From Candidatus Magasanikbacteria bacterium GW2011_GWC2_37_14 (GTDB lineage: Bacteria > Patescibacteriota > Patescibacteriia > Magasanikbacterales > UBA922), in contig LBSX01000001.1 in assembly GCA_000990355.1 (NCBI GenBank), positions 3,392 through 67,391 on the forward strand: a stretch of DNA of 64,000 nt. The letters are read 5' to 3'. This document shows positions 18,961 to 29,107 of the stretch, one piece after another. The translations under genes were made by a program, and so were the position numbers. The notes under the pieces are model-generated. The model was not told the origin of the DNA. It made no database searches and was given only the letters and a program-made list of their open reading frames with translations. Every line of letters begins with the position of its first letter. The stretch's first letter is position 1.

Positions 18961-20432
18961 ATTTTTCTCACCACTCCCTTGTCGGCATCCACCTCTACCT
19001 CATCACCATCATGCAAAACATCGGTAGCAACTTTGGTGCCAATTATACAAGGAACTTTTAGTTCACGAGCCACTATTGCCGCATGACAAGTAATGCCACC
19101 CAAATCAGTAATAATCGCCGCAGCCTTTTTCATGGCTGGCACAATACTCGGGTTAGTCATATGCGAAACCAAAATATTACCTTCATGCATTTTTGCCATT
19201 TCCTGAATTTTATTAATAATTTTTACTCTGCCAGTTACTTTACCTTTAAAAGCAGGCTGACCGGTAAGTTCTTGACTATTTTTTTGAATATTTTTTTCTT
19301 CAAAAAATTTCATTTTTGCTCGTATTTTTTTGGCTTCTTCTCCAGAATAATAAACCGTTTGTCCACGATCGGCAATATGCAAACTATATTTCATTCGCTG
19401 GCTGGCCAATTGTGACAAATCTTCACCCTTGATTAACACTCTTTCAAAATCTGTATGTGCCAAAAATCTAACCTGCTCCATGGTTAAATAAGTACGTTTG
19501 GCAACTTCTTTAAATATTTTATCCATTGAATAATATCCAAAAAACTGGGCGTCTTTACTTAAAAGACGGGTATAAAAAGAATCTTGGACAATTTTAAAAA
19601 TCTTTTGGTGTGTGGGATGAATATTATAAGTAGCAAAAATTTCTTTTTGCTGTCTTAAGGTTTCTTGCATCTCTTTTTTTAGATTTTCCAAAAACTTTTT
19701 AGCGCCTTTGTCTTTCAACTTATTCAACTCTTCATTAAAATATGCTTTATCCAAAAATTTTCCTTGTAAACCATATTCCAACCATTCGTATTTTTTTGTA
19801 TGCTTACTCAAAGCAGTTTCTTGTTTACTATTTTCAAGCAAAACAATTTTGGCTAATTCTTCTTTTTCTTTGGTCCAGATACTTTTTTCTTTTGGCACAC
19901 AAAGAATTTGAAAAGCATCATTGGGTTCAAGCTTCACTTCATTTTTAACATCTTGATATTTTTCTTGTAAATAATCTTGTAAATATTTGCTAAGCAAATT
20001 ATAGGGTGTTTCCAAAAACCACATTGGTCCGCGCGGGTCATGCACCAAAATTTGCTTTTGTTCAAACTTATTTATCCAGGTTAACAAATCTTTATTAGTA
20101 GCTTTTTTAAGATTAAGTGTTTGTAGATGCTTACCAAAAACAAACATTTCTTTGGCATACTTTTCGGTTACTTTATGTAGCCCATCCCAACGTTTGGGAT
20201 TGGTAAACATCCAAGAAAAAACCTCTTTATTGGTAGCATCAAAATGTTCTTTGGTAACAAAAAGATTACAACTAGAATTAATATATTCTGCGCCTAAATA
20301 ACGGCCGGGAATAAAACCCCAACGTTTTGGTAAATTGGTGGTAAAACCTTCCCAAGTAGCAGTTACAAAAAGATAATTTGCATAATCTTCTTTTTCTATT
20401 AATTGCCATTCTTTGTTGTATGGTATTTGCAT
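18957..20432 (-). CDS. PEP-utilising-enzyme His-domain protein, array paralog 4
   Basis: 491 aa; ...GQPAFKGKVTGRVKII...GGITCHAAIVARELKVPCIIGT. Confidence 0.75.
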   Translation of the reverse strand: MQIPYNKEWQLIEKEDYANYLFVTATWEGFTTNLPKRWGFIPGRYLGAEYINSSCNLFVTKEHFDATNKEVFSWMFTNPKRWDGLHKVTEKYAKEMFVFGKHLQTLNLKKATNKDLLTWINKFEQKQILVHDPRGPMWFLETPYNLLSKYLQDYLQEKYQDVKNEVKLEPNDAFQILCVPKEKSIWTKEKEELAKIVLLENSKQETALSKHTKKYEWLEYGLQGKFLDKAYFNEELNKLKDKGAKKFLENLKKEMQETLRQQKEIFATYNIHPTHQKIFKIVQDSFYTRLLSKDAQFFGYYSMDKIFKEVAKRTYLTMEQVRFLAHTDFERVLIKGEDLSQLASQRMKYSLHIADRGQTVYYSGEEAKKIRAKMKFFEEKNIQKNSQELTGQPAFKGKVTGRVKIINKIQEMAKMHEGNILVSHMTNPSIVPAMKKAAAIITDLGGITCHAAIVARELKVPCIIGTKVATDVLHDGDEVEVDADKGVVRKI

Positions 20433-20437
20433 AATAA

Positions 20438-20558
20438 TCTCGAGCCACAGCGAGAGATCCCTTTTCTATGAGATTAACTCGCTATATTAAATTAGTTGTT
20501 TAGTTAAATCGAAAGGGATTCCTCACCCCGCATTTGCGGGGTTCGGAATTATGGTGAC
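20438..20558. repeat. ~115-bp palindromic element; an inverted copy is at 58596-58703
   Basis: The reverse complement of 58596-58703 aligns almost base for base (atctcgagccacagcgagagatccc...gggattcctcacc...ttcggaat). Its end supplies the last codons (PNPANAG*) of paralog 5. Confidence 0.8.
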
Positions 20559-22013
20559 AACCCCCTTACTCGCATCCACCTCTACTATATCACCATCCTT
20601 CAACACTTTAGTAGCAATTTTAGTGCCGATCACACAAGGAATGTTTAGTTCTCTTGCTATTATCGCAGCATGACAAGTGAGCCCACCTTCATCTGTAATT
20701 ACAGCTTTGGCTTTTTTCATAGCTGGCAAAAATTCTGGTTGTGTCATACAAGCCACTAAAATGTCTCCTTCCTGCATTTTTACCAATTCACTTTCTCCTC
20801 TACATACTTTCACAGTACCAGTGACTTTACCCACAGAAGCACAATTACCTTTAATTTCAGTAACATCTTCAATTTCTTTATTTTTATTTAATTTAGACCA
20901 GAATAATTCTGCGTCCTTGCCTACAAACACCTTTGGCTCTTCCTGCGGAAGAAAAACATATAGACTACTCTTTCGACGTTTTTCCAACTCTGGCACAATC
21001 TCAGGTAACTGTTCCAATTCTGCTGGAAGAATATAGTGTAAGTAACTTAAAGGAATTTTAAATTTACTAGCTATTTCTTTTAAAATTAATTCTAAATAAA
21101 TGATTGACTGGGTCATGTATTCCTTACGGCGATCGTGAATAATAAATAAGGTGTCCGCGATCTCCAGAAGGTCTAATAATTCCTGATTTTCAATTTTTTT
21201 CATCAATTTTTTCTTCTCTGCCAATTTTTTTGGTAAACTCTCAAAATCATTGATAAATTTTTCAAAATCTACACCTTTATTGAACGTCTCCTTTAGCTCG
21301 GATACAAAATCTTTACTATCCAAAAATTTAGATGAAGTATAACTATTTAATTTCCAATAATACTTTTTTTGATGATGAAGAATCTTTTTAGCAATTTTTC
21401 TATTCGACAAAATTCCATCCATATCCACATCTTGCAAACCTTTCTTTTTTATCTCACGTGCAATCAAACATAAATTGTAATGTTCCCTCGATACGAACGA
21501 ATGAATAACGGGGGTAGTTAATAATAGTAGATCATTTTGACCACTAAACAATTCCTTAACCAACGTTCTTATTTTTTCCTCTGTAGTTAAAGTAAAACCC
21601 TCCACAATATGTGAAACACTAAGAAGATATGCATATAATTCATTTGCTTTTCCCCAAGCAGTATAAAGTTCTTCTAGTGACGCTGTGGACCATTCCTTTT
21701 TACCTAAAATCTTAAACTGCTTTAATGTTTTTTTACAAATTTTTTCATCAGATTTTAGTAAATAAAATAAAAAATTCTTACTACTTTTAAAACGTTCTTG
21801 TAACTCATTATTAATCCTATGTAAATCATCCCAACCATACAAAAAATAACACACATCATTTGAAAAATACTCTATACAAACAGAATAGCCAAAATTTAAA
21901 AATTTTGGCATATCTCTAACCATTGACCAAGCCGGGCCATGAAGTAGAGCAGGCACACCATTGAATCCCTGAAAATACCAACTTTTTTCAGTTAAATAAT
22001 TAATTTCTTTCAT
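20523..22013 (-). CDS. PEP-utilising-enzyme His-domain protein, array paralog 5
   Basis: 496 aa; ...GNCASVGKVTGTVKV...GGLTCHAAIIARELNIPCVIGT. The C-terminal tail is encoded by the repeat element. Confidence 0.75.
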   Translation of the reverse strand: MKEINYLTEKSWYFQGFNGVPALLHGPAWSMVRDMPKFLNFGYSVCIEYFSNDVCYFLYGWDDLHRINNELQERFKSSKNFLFYLLKSDEKICKKTLKQFKILGKKEWSTASLEELYTAWGKANELYAYLLSVSHIVEGFTLTTEEKIRTLVKELFSGQNDLLLLTTPVIHSFVSREHYNLCLIAREIKKKGLQDVDMDGILSNRKIAKKILHHQKKYYWKLNSYTSSKFLDSKDFVSELKETFNKGVDFEKFINDFESLPKKLAEKKKLMKKIENQELLDLLEIADTLFIIHDRRKEYMTQSIIYLELILKEIASKFKIPLSYLHYILPAELEQLPEIVPELEKRRKSSLYVFLPQEEPKVFVGKDAELFWSKLNKNKEIEDVTEIKGNCASVGKVTGTVKVCRGESELVKMQEGDILVACMTQPEFLPAMKKAKAVITDEGGLTCHAAIIARELNIPCVIGTKIATKVLKDGDIVEVDASKGVVTIIPNPANAG

Positions 22014-22024
22014 AAATAAATTTG

Positions 22025-23461
22025 TTAAATAACCCTTTTTATTATACCATTAAATGCATCCACCTCAACCACATCGCCATCATGTAAAAACTTAGTAGCA
22101 AATTCTGTACCAACCACACAAGGTATTTGTAACTCTCGCGCTACAATGGCTGCATGGCATAACATTCCCCCTTGATTAGTTACGATTGCTTTAGCTTTGC
22201 GAATCGCTGGTAAATAATCTGGATCAGTCATAGGACAAACTAAAATTTCTCCTTCTTCCATTTTATCAACTTCATCCATAGAATGTAAAATATTTACCAC
22301 TCCAGTTTCTTTTCCCTGCCAAATTGGTGTGCCTTGTAAAAATTCTATGGCCGGGACTTCCTTCTCAACAACTTGTAACAAGCTCTCGGCTTCCGAGCCA
22401 GAACAATGTAATACCTCTCGTTTGGAGCCCAAGACACAATAACTTTTGATTCTTCGATTCAATTCATCTACATCGGGTGATTGTCCATTCATTAACAACT
22501 TTTTTAACTCGCCAATGGTTAACATAAAGAGCTGATTATAAGACAAACCGTGTTCAGCGGCAATTTTTTTAAAAAAATTACGCTGGTGGGCACCGGCTAT
22601 AGAAATTACATCCCAATTTTCCTCTTTCAAGTCAGCTAAATCGCGCACAATATCCAAAAATTTCCAAGCTTCGGGGTATTTAATTTTTAAATCTTCTAAG
22701 ATTGTTTCTGCTTCTTGATGCTGTAACTCTTTTTTCTGAATTAATAATTTCAATTTTTCTTCTGGCTTTTCTTTACTCAACTTTTCTATTTCCTGGCGGT
22801 AATATTCTGCATTAAATGGCTCCGTCCACCAACATAGAGAATTAGTCCAGCCATAATCCGTCGCATGTTTTTTAAAATCTTCTGCAACATCCCCACCAGC
22901 TTTTAATTTTATGGCAATGTTTAATAAATTAATTTCTCCTAAAATTATTGGGAAGTCTTTTTTAGGCAAGGCCGCCTTGGCTACTAGCTCCGCTTGGCTT
23001 ATTTCTCTTCCAGCTAAATTAAATTTTTGTGGCAAATCCAAAAAAATTTCTTGCAAAGCTCCATCAGCTAACATAATACCAAGCCAATAACGGGTATGAT
23101 TAAAACTGGTAAGTAAATAATCTTCAATCTTCTCCCAAACCAAACTCGTTAATTGTATTCCTAAAAGTTTATCTCTGGAAGCATAAATTAATTTTTGATA
23201 ATCTTTTCTAAACTGCACAGAATCATTTTTTAAAATTTCTTTTACCTCCTGCACTCCCTCTCGATAATCTTCTTCCAAAATAAATTGACCATGACCTAAA
23301 ACTAAATAATATTTTGGTACATATGGCACAGTAATTTTAAAATCTCCATCAACAGCGTTGCGCGACATTCCATCTTCAAACATGCCAGTATGTTTCCATC
23401 GGCCAAACAAATGCCATTTATTATTTTTGATTATTTCTGTTTGATTCATATTATCTGTCAT
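22025..23461 (-). CDS. PEP-utilising-enzyme His-domain protein, array paralog 6
   Basis: 478 aa; ...GTPIWQGKETGVVNIL...GGMLCHAAIVARELQIPCVVGT. Confidence 0.75.
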   Translation of the reverse strand: MTDNMNQTEIIKNNKWHLFGRWKHTGMFEDGMSRNAVDGDFKITVPYVPKYYLVLGHGQFILEEDYREGVQEVKEILKNDSVQFRKDYQKLIYASRDKLLGIQLTSLVWEKIEDYLLTSFNHTRYWLGIMLADGALQEIFLDLPQKFNLAGREISQAELVAKAALPKKDFPIILGEINLLNIAIKLKAGGDVAEDFKKHATDYGWTNSLCWWTEPFNAEYYRQEIEKLSKEKPEEKLKLLIQKKELQHQEAETILEDLKIKYPEAWKFLDIVRDLADLKEENWDVISIAGAHQRNFFKKIAAEHGLSYNQLFMLTIGELKKLLMNGQSPDVDELNRRIKSYCVLGSKREVLHCSGSEAESLLQVVEKEVPAIEFLQGTPIWQGKETGVVNILHSMDEVDKMEEGEILVCPMTDPDYLPAIRKAKAIVTNQGGMLCHAAIVARELQIPCVVGTEFATKFLHDGDVVEVDAFNGIIKRVI

Positions 23462-23548
23462 CCTGAATTTATTTCAGGATCTTTTTTAAGTATTTTTTAT
23501 TTAATAAATCTAGATAACGAAAAGATGCTGAAACGAGTTCAGCATGAC
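23457..23548. repeat. Bipartite palindromic element (GTCATCCTGAA..TTCAGGATC / GATGCTGAAACGAGTTCAGCATGAC)
   Basis: Same two-hairpin architecture as 14171-14283. Confidence 0.7.
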
Positions 23549-25047
23549 AGCTTTCTGACAATCCCCGCCTCTAGATCCACCTCCACCCGATCACCATCCT
23601 TAAAAACTTGTAATAAATGTTTAACACCAATTAAACAAGGTTTATTGAGTTCACGAGAAACAATAGCTGCGTGACAAGTAAGCCCACCAGTTTGCGTAAC
23701 AATTGCCGCCGAACGACGCATGGCTGGCACATGGTCCGGTGTAGTATTACTAGAAAGTAGTATATCACCAGCCTCTACTTTGTTTATATCTTGATTAGAC
23801 ATGACGATTTTAACAATTCCTTGCACTTGTTTCACTCCTCCACCACAAGCAACTGTACCAGCAAATTCAGTTAGTTCCAAATCTACTTCTTCTACTTCTA
23901 CATTATCCTTCATCCATTGTTTGGCTTCTTCTCCTACCAAAATTTTATCACTGTCTTTTTCGGAAATAAGTAAAGCATAATTTAAACGCTGATTTAAAAT
24001 ATCGGCCTTGGGCAAAGGCAATTCATTTTTTAAATAAGCTTGTAATTCCGAAACTGCACACATTCCAAATTGACGAATAGAATAACTTTCTTTTTTGGCA
24101 AAAACAGCCAATAACTTATTTATAGTAAAACAAGCTAGTGCCATAAGATTCGCTCGATAAGCTTTGGTATAACCAAAATCCTGAGCAATAGTGACAAAAT
24201 ATTTTTCATCTTCGCTAAAACCCAATTGCTCCATTATTTTTGTTTGTTTTTGTAATAATTCTTGAAAATTATTTTTAATAATTTTTAACTGTTCACTAGG
24301 TTTAAGATTTTGTGACAAAATATGACTTATTTCTTCTTTAGCATTATTAATGTTATATTCTGGCCCTTTGTAGCCATAAAACACCCAACCATATTTTTCT
24401 ATTGCTTGTAAAATTATTTTTTTGCCATCGTCTGATAAATTATCTAACTTTTCTCCTTGTTCAAATAGCCAATCAGCTATTAAATATAATTCAACTTTTA
24501 AATCTTCGGTCCAAGTTGTGTTTCTCGGAGTAGTAAGAATAGACAAACATTCATTTGCCGACATTTCTACAACAGACAAATTTTTGTTTCTAATTATTTC
24601 GGCAATTTTATTACTCATTCCCCCACCACCTAATTCCACAAACGGCCCTACCATGCCACTGGTACAAATAGTACTAAATAATTCTAAAATTTTTAAAATA
24701 CTCTCTTTAATTTTTTCCTCGGTCATTTGTCCACTTTTAAATTCACCAAGTGTTTCATTACAAAGCAAATACAAACTTTGGCCATTTTTTAACAAATGAT
24801 CTTTTACTTGCTCGGCAAACTGGTGATCATTATTAATTTTTTGCCATAAATAATCACCAAAATCAAACCAACTTTCTTTTTCGGCAATGGCATTCATTAC
24901 TTCACCTTCTACTTGATAAACGAAAGTTTTTAAAATACGACCAGTTAACCTTTCTAAATCCTTATGAAAAAAACCACGAATAATTGGGTGTAAACCTAAA
25001 ATATTACAATTTGGTTCGGTGTTTACTATACAATATTGTTTGATCAT
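23539..25047 (-). CDS. PEP-utilising-enzyme His-domain protein, array paralog 7
   Basis: 502 aa; ...GTVACGGGVKQVQGIVKIV...GGLTCHAAIVSRELNKPCLIGV. Confidence 0.75.
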   Translation of the reverse strand: MIKQYCIVNTEPNCNILGLHPIIRGFFHKDLERLTGRILKTFVYQVEGEVMNAIAEKESWFDFGDYLWQKINNDHQFAEQVKDHLLKNGQSLYLLCNETLGEFKSGQMTEEKIKESILKILELFSTICTSGMVGPFVELGGGGMSNKIAEIIRNKNLSVVEMSANECLSILTTPRNTTWTEDLKVELYLIADWLFEQGEKLDNLSDDGKKIILQAIEKYGWVFYGYKGPEYNINNAKEEISHILSQNLKPSEQLKIIKNNFQELLQKQTKIMEQLGFSEDEKYFVTIAQDFGYTKAYRANLMALACFTINKLLAVFAKKESYSIRQFGMCAVSELQAYLKNELPLPKADILNQRLNYALLISEKDSDKILVGEEAKQWMKDNVEVEEVDLELTEFAGTVACGGGVKQVQGIVKIVMSNQDINKVEAGDILLSSNTTPDHVPAMRRSAAIVTQTGGLTCHAAIVSRELNKPCLIGVKHLLQVFKDGDRVEVDLEAGIVRKLSC

Positions 25048-25055
25048 AAACGTTT

Positions 25056-25147
25056 GTCATCCTGAACTTGTTTCAGGATCTTTAATAAAATAATATTTAT
25101 CTAGAAAATAATCTAACGAAAAGATGCTGAAATAAATTCAGCATGAC
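25056..25147. repeat. Bipartite palindromic element (GTCATCCTGAACTTGTTTCAGGATC / GATGCTGAAATAAATTCAGCATGAC)
   Basis: Same family as 14171-14283. Confidence 0.7.
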
Positions 25148-26586
25148 AGCTTAATCACTGTCCCACTCGTCGCATCCACTTCCACTGTATCTCCATCTTT
25201 TAAAACATAAGTAGCACTCTTGGTGCCAATTATGCAAGGAATGTGCAATTCCCGCGCCACAATGGCCGCATGACAAGTAAGACCACCTTGGTTGGTAACA
25301 AAGGCACTGGCTTTTTTCATAATTGGTAAAAGAGATGGATCAGTAACAATCGATACTAAAATGTCACCTTCACTAAATTTATTCATTTCTTCGGCTCGAT
25401 TTACAATTGATACTTTTCCAATTACCTTGCCTGGATAACCACACTCCCCTTTTAATTCATTAACTTGTTCAAGTTTTGGTAAAACTTTTTTTGCTGGCTC
25501 CACACACTTAACAGCCGCTTCGCCAGTTAACAAATAAATTTTTTCACCATCAAAATATCTTACTGAGTAATTTCCTAGTTCATTGATAAAATCATGTTCA
25601 AAACATCCTTTTTCCAACATTTCAATTAATAATGGCATTGTTATATTGTATATTTGTGCCAAAGAAAAATAATTATCTTTGGCTATTCTTTTTAAAATTG
25701 GTTGTATAGCTTCGTAACTAGAAAAAAGTGCATCCATGCGATAGGTTTTCATGAATAATAATTCTTCCATTTGTCTAAACAAAATAATTTCTGGTTCAGA
25801 AAAATTTAATTTATTAATCCAAAATTCTTTATCAACTAATAATTGCTGATCTTTTTCTAAAACTTCGGCTAATTTTTCCGCTCTACCTTCTTTTAACAAA
25901 CCTTTAGCCACCTCGGTAAAATATTCCAAACTTAAATTTGGACCAGTCCAACCAAAAGTAATCCAGCTAAACTTTTGCCAATGTTTGGTAATTTCTGTTT
26001 GATTATTATTTTCACTTACAATTTTTAGCATTTCTCGCTCTTCTTTTTGGGCTGCCGATAATTCCCGTGGTGTAGACAAAACTTGAAAGACTTTAATTAA
26101 TTCTTCACCTATTAAACCTTTTTCTTTTAAGATGTTTTTTAAATAATCCGATAATAAAGAATTTTCTAATTCCAAAACATTAGTAATTTGTCCCAAGGTC
26201 CAAACTGTAAAATGTTTTTCTTGGTATTTTTTAAACCAACCAACAATTTCTTCTTCACTTAGTGTCCCTACTTCTAACTTTTTTAATTCACTAGACAATA
26301 GATTTAATTCATCTGCAGCTTTTCTTAAATCTGCAGAAACACTAGCCAATTTATTTGGTTCTTGTATAACTTCGGCTAACCAACGTTTACCAATTTCTGT
26401 CCATTCAGAACGAGAAAACATTATTCTTTGAACATTTTTTTCCTGTTCCACAATCATTTGGCTTATCCCATAACCCAGTCTTTCTTTAATAGTAAAAGCC
26501 AAACCATCTACATATGCAGAATGAAACCAAAAAATATCATACCACTCACCAAACAAAAACCAATCTTTTACAGTTATTTTTTTCAT
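25138..26586 (-). CDS. PEP-utilising-enzyme His-domain protein, array paralog 8
   Basis: 482 aa; ...GECGYPGKVIGKVSIV...GGLTCHAAIVARELHIPCIIGT. Confidence 0.75.
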   Translation of the reverse strand: MKKITVKDWFLFGEWYDIFWFHSAYVDGLAFTIKERLGYGISQMIVEQEKNVQRIMFSRSEWTEIGKRWLAEVIQEPNKLASVSADLRKAADELNLLSSELKKLEVGTLSEEEIVGWFKKYQEKHFTVWTLGQITNVLELENSLLSDYLKNILKEKGLIGEELIKVFQVLSTPRELSAAQKEEREMLKIVSENNNQTEITKHWQKFSWITFGWTGPNLSLEYFTEVAKGLLKEGRAEKLAEVLEKDQQLLVDKEFWINKLNFSEPEIILFRQMEELLFMKTYRMDALFSSYEAIQPILKRIAKDNYFSLAQIYNITMPLLIEMLEKGCFEHDFINELGNYSVRYFDGEKIYLLTGEAAVKCVEPAKKVLPKLEQVNELKGECGYPGKVIGKVSIVNRAEEMNKFSEGDILVSIVTDPSLLPIMKKASAFVTNQGGLTCHAAIVARELHIPCIIGTKSATYVLKDGDTVEVDATSGTVIKLSC

Positions 26587-28028
26587 AATTTCTTAATTAT
26601 ACCATTAGTTGCGTCTACCTCAATTTGATCACCGTCTTTTAAAATCTTATCTGCTTGGGGTACGCCGACCACACAAGGAATTTTTAACTCACGGGCAACA
26701 ATGGCCGTGTGACAAGTAAGGCCGCCTGACTCAGAAACCATAGCAGCCGCCTTTTTCATTGCCGGCACCAAATTAGGGTTGGTATTGTGCGCCACTAAAA
26801 TATCACCTTCATTCATTTTAGACACCTGTTCTGGCAAGTTGATTATCTTAACTGTACCACGAACTTTTCCCGGACAAGCACAAGTGCCAAAAAGTTCGTT
26901 GCTTTCTTTTACTTTAATTTTTTCAAATTTAATTTTGCTCATGAATTCTTTATAAGCTTGACCTGTATACATTACATATTTTTTACCATCACAATACGCT
27001 GCACACTCTTTTAAGCGTTGGTTTAATTCATTTTCATCATATTGATGTTTTAATAATGCTGGGGCAATTTCCCAATGATTCATTGCCCTCACTTGATCGA
27101 GCGACAAACCTAACCTCTTGCCGATTTCTTTAAAAATAAAACTATAACAATACATACCATGATACAACGCCATTTTACGATATTCTTTAATATGTACCAT
27201 TTGCTGTGCAAGCTTAATAAGATCTAGTTGATACTGGTTAAATTTTAATAATTTTAAAAGGTTATTTTGCTCCTGCAACATCTGACGACGATCGGTGATA
27301 ATTTTTTTAAGTAATACTTCTCGTTTTTCACCCAACTCCTCTAACGATTGCCAACGCTCCAAATAGTCTTTTTTAGTATATGCTGGACCTTTAAATTGAT
27401 AAGGTAACCAACAATATTTTTTACAATGTTTATCAAGTTCTTCGATATTTTTTAAACGTAAAAAAGCCATTTCTTCTTTGGTTACAATACTCTGCTGCCG
27501 CGGCGTGGAAAGTGTGCTAAACACAATTGCTGGTATCAAATTTAACTTTTTTTGCTTAATTTGTTCACTAATCATTTTTAAAATTCCTTTACTTACCCGC
27601 TCTTTTTCACAATCTGCATGCCAAGAAACAGATGGACCAATACCATGAGAATAATAATGAAATTTATATGACAAAAGAAAAACTTTAATTAAATCTTTGG
27701 CTGATAATTTTTTTAAATTATATTTTAATTGTCTGTCTGAAGCTTTAAAAAATTCAGTAGACCATTTTTCTACTTTAAGAATAATTTTTAATGCCCAATC
27801 AGGGTTGGCCAACATTTTTTTAGCCAAAAAATCTGCTTCAGCATCAAATTCTTTCCGCAGATAGCACATTCTAGAAAAATCACCCTGGTACCAAGTAAAA
27901 TAATGTTTAACTTTGCCGCCCAAACCAAATTTGGGCCACAGCTTAAAGGAGCCTGTCATTGTTACACCCATTACAAATGGGGTATTCTGGGTAATTTCAG
28001 CAATTACACACCAAGAATTTTTTTTCAT
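26583..28028 (-). CDS. PEP-utilising-enzyme His-domain protein, array paralog 9
   Basis: 481 aa; ...GTCACPGKVRGTVKII...GGLTCHTAIVARELKIPCVVGV. Confidence 0.75.
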   Translation of the reverse strand: MKKNSWCVIAEITQNTPFVMGVTMTGSFKLWPKFGLGGKVKHYFTWYQGDFSRMCYLRKEFDAEADFLAKKMLANPDWALKIILKVEKWSTEFFKASDRQLKYNLKKLSAKDLIKVFLLSYKFHYYSHGIGPSVSWHADCEKERVSKGILKMISEQIKQKKLNLIPAIVFSTLSTPRQQSIVTKEEMAFLRLKNIEELDKHCKKYCWLPYQFKGPAYTKKDYLERWQSLEELGEKREVLLKKIITDRRQMLQEQNNLLKLLKFNQYQLDLIKLAQQMVHIKEYRKMALYHGMYCYSFIFKEIGKRLGLSLDQVRAMNHWEIAPALLKHQYDENELNQRLKECAAYCDGKKYVMYTGQAYKEFMSKIKFEKIKVKESNELFGTCACPGKVRGTVKIINLPEQVSKMNEGDILVAHNTNPNLVPAMKKAAAMVSESGGLTCHTAIVARELKIPCVVGVPQADKILKDGDQIEVDATNGIIKKL

Positions 28029-29107
28029 ATTTTTTTTATTATACCATTAATGGCATCCACTTCTACCATATCGCCATCTTTTAAAACTTTAGTGGAAATT
28101 TTGGTTCCAGTGATACAAGGGATATTTAATTCACGCGCCACAATTGCTGCATGACAAGTAATACCACCTTCGTCAGTAATAATTGCCTTAGCTTTTTTCA
28201 TAATCGGGATAAAAAAAGGATTTGTCATAACCGTCACAAGGACATTTCCTTCCTTAAAATTAATAATTTCATCATTTTTTAAAATAATATTGACAATTCC
28301 TTTTATTGAGGTTGATCCGGTACAAGAAACCACCCCTCTAATTTCTTGATTGATAAATTGATTAACAGGTGCGGAAAAATAAAAATCTTGTTTTTCAAAA
28401 AAAACTTCTTTTGAAATATTAGTATATACTTTATCACCTAAAAAAATATAACCTGTAGAACGATTCTCTAATTCCTCTTTATTGGGTACATAATTATTAT
28501 CATCAAGCATTTTTTGAATTTCTGTAAAAGTTACAAAAGAAGCATATTTATTTTCCAGTTTTCTTTGCGATAATAAAATTCTAGCCACTGCTCGCCAATA
28601 CTGTACCAATTCTTGAATGGCACCTTCTGATTTTACTCTAGCATTTATCAGGCGTTCTAAAATATCATTTGCTTCTTTAGGATATTTTTCTTTAAGCTGT
28701 GGGGCCCACTGTGCCTGTGGCAATAAATAACTTACTGTATACCAAGGGTACATTTCTCTAGAGAGTTGTTTTATTTTTTCAAATACTGCTCTGTTTGCAA
28801 AATCTTTATTTTTATTAATCTTCCCCATTAATTCACGTATTTGTTTGACCAGTAGAATATAATGATTAATTTTATTTTCACTGAAAAAACCATTTTTAGG
28901 ATCGGTATTTACTACCGCTTTAAAAAAGGCTTTGGCTTCATCAACTACTCTATAAGTTTCCAACAATCGTCCATTAAAATAATATAACTGACTAGGAATG
29001 CCTATTCCAAAAACCTCCATGAGCCTTGGATTCATTTGTCCTGACCACCACTCTGCCCAAGCCAATGTATAATCGCGAGTCCAAGCTAAAAAAATTTCTT
29101 TTTTCAT
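28025..29107 (-). CDS. PEP-utilising-enzyme His-domain protein, array paralog 10 (short N-domain, 360 aa)
   Basis: ...GSTSIKGIVNIIL...GGITCHAAIVARELNIPCITGT. The N-terminal region is ~120 aa shorter than its siblings. Confidence 0.7.
   Translation of the reverse strand: MKKEIFLAWTRDYTLAWAEWWSGQMNPRLMEVFGIGIPSQLYYFNGRLLETYRVVDEAKAFFKAVVNTDPKNGFFSENKINHYILLVKQIRELMGKINKNKDFANRAVFEKIKQLSREMYPWYTVSYLLPQAQWAPQLKEKYPKEANDILERLINARVKSEGAIQELVQYWRAVARILLSQRKLENKYASFVTFTEIQKMLDDNNYVPNKEELENRSTGYIFLGDKVYTNISKEVFFEKQDFYFSAPVNQFINQEIRGVVSCTGSTSIKGIVNIILKNDEIINFKEGNVLVTVMTNPFFIPIMKKAKAIITDEGGITCHAAIVARELNIPCITGTKISTKVLKDGDMVEVDAINGIIKKI

Noticed and set aside
14165-25150. Possibility that the recurring palindromes between array genes form a CRISPR array
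   Set aside because: Repeats are bipartite hairpins of different sequence and length, are spaced by whole genes rather than 25-50-bp spacers, and also occur inside ORFs. No cas genes.
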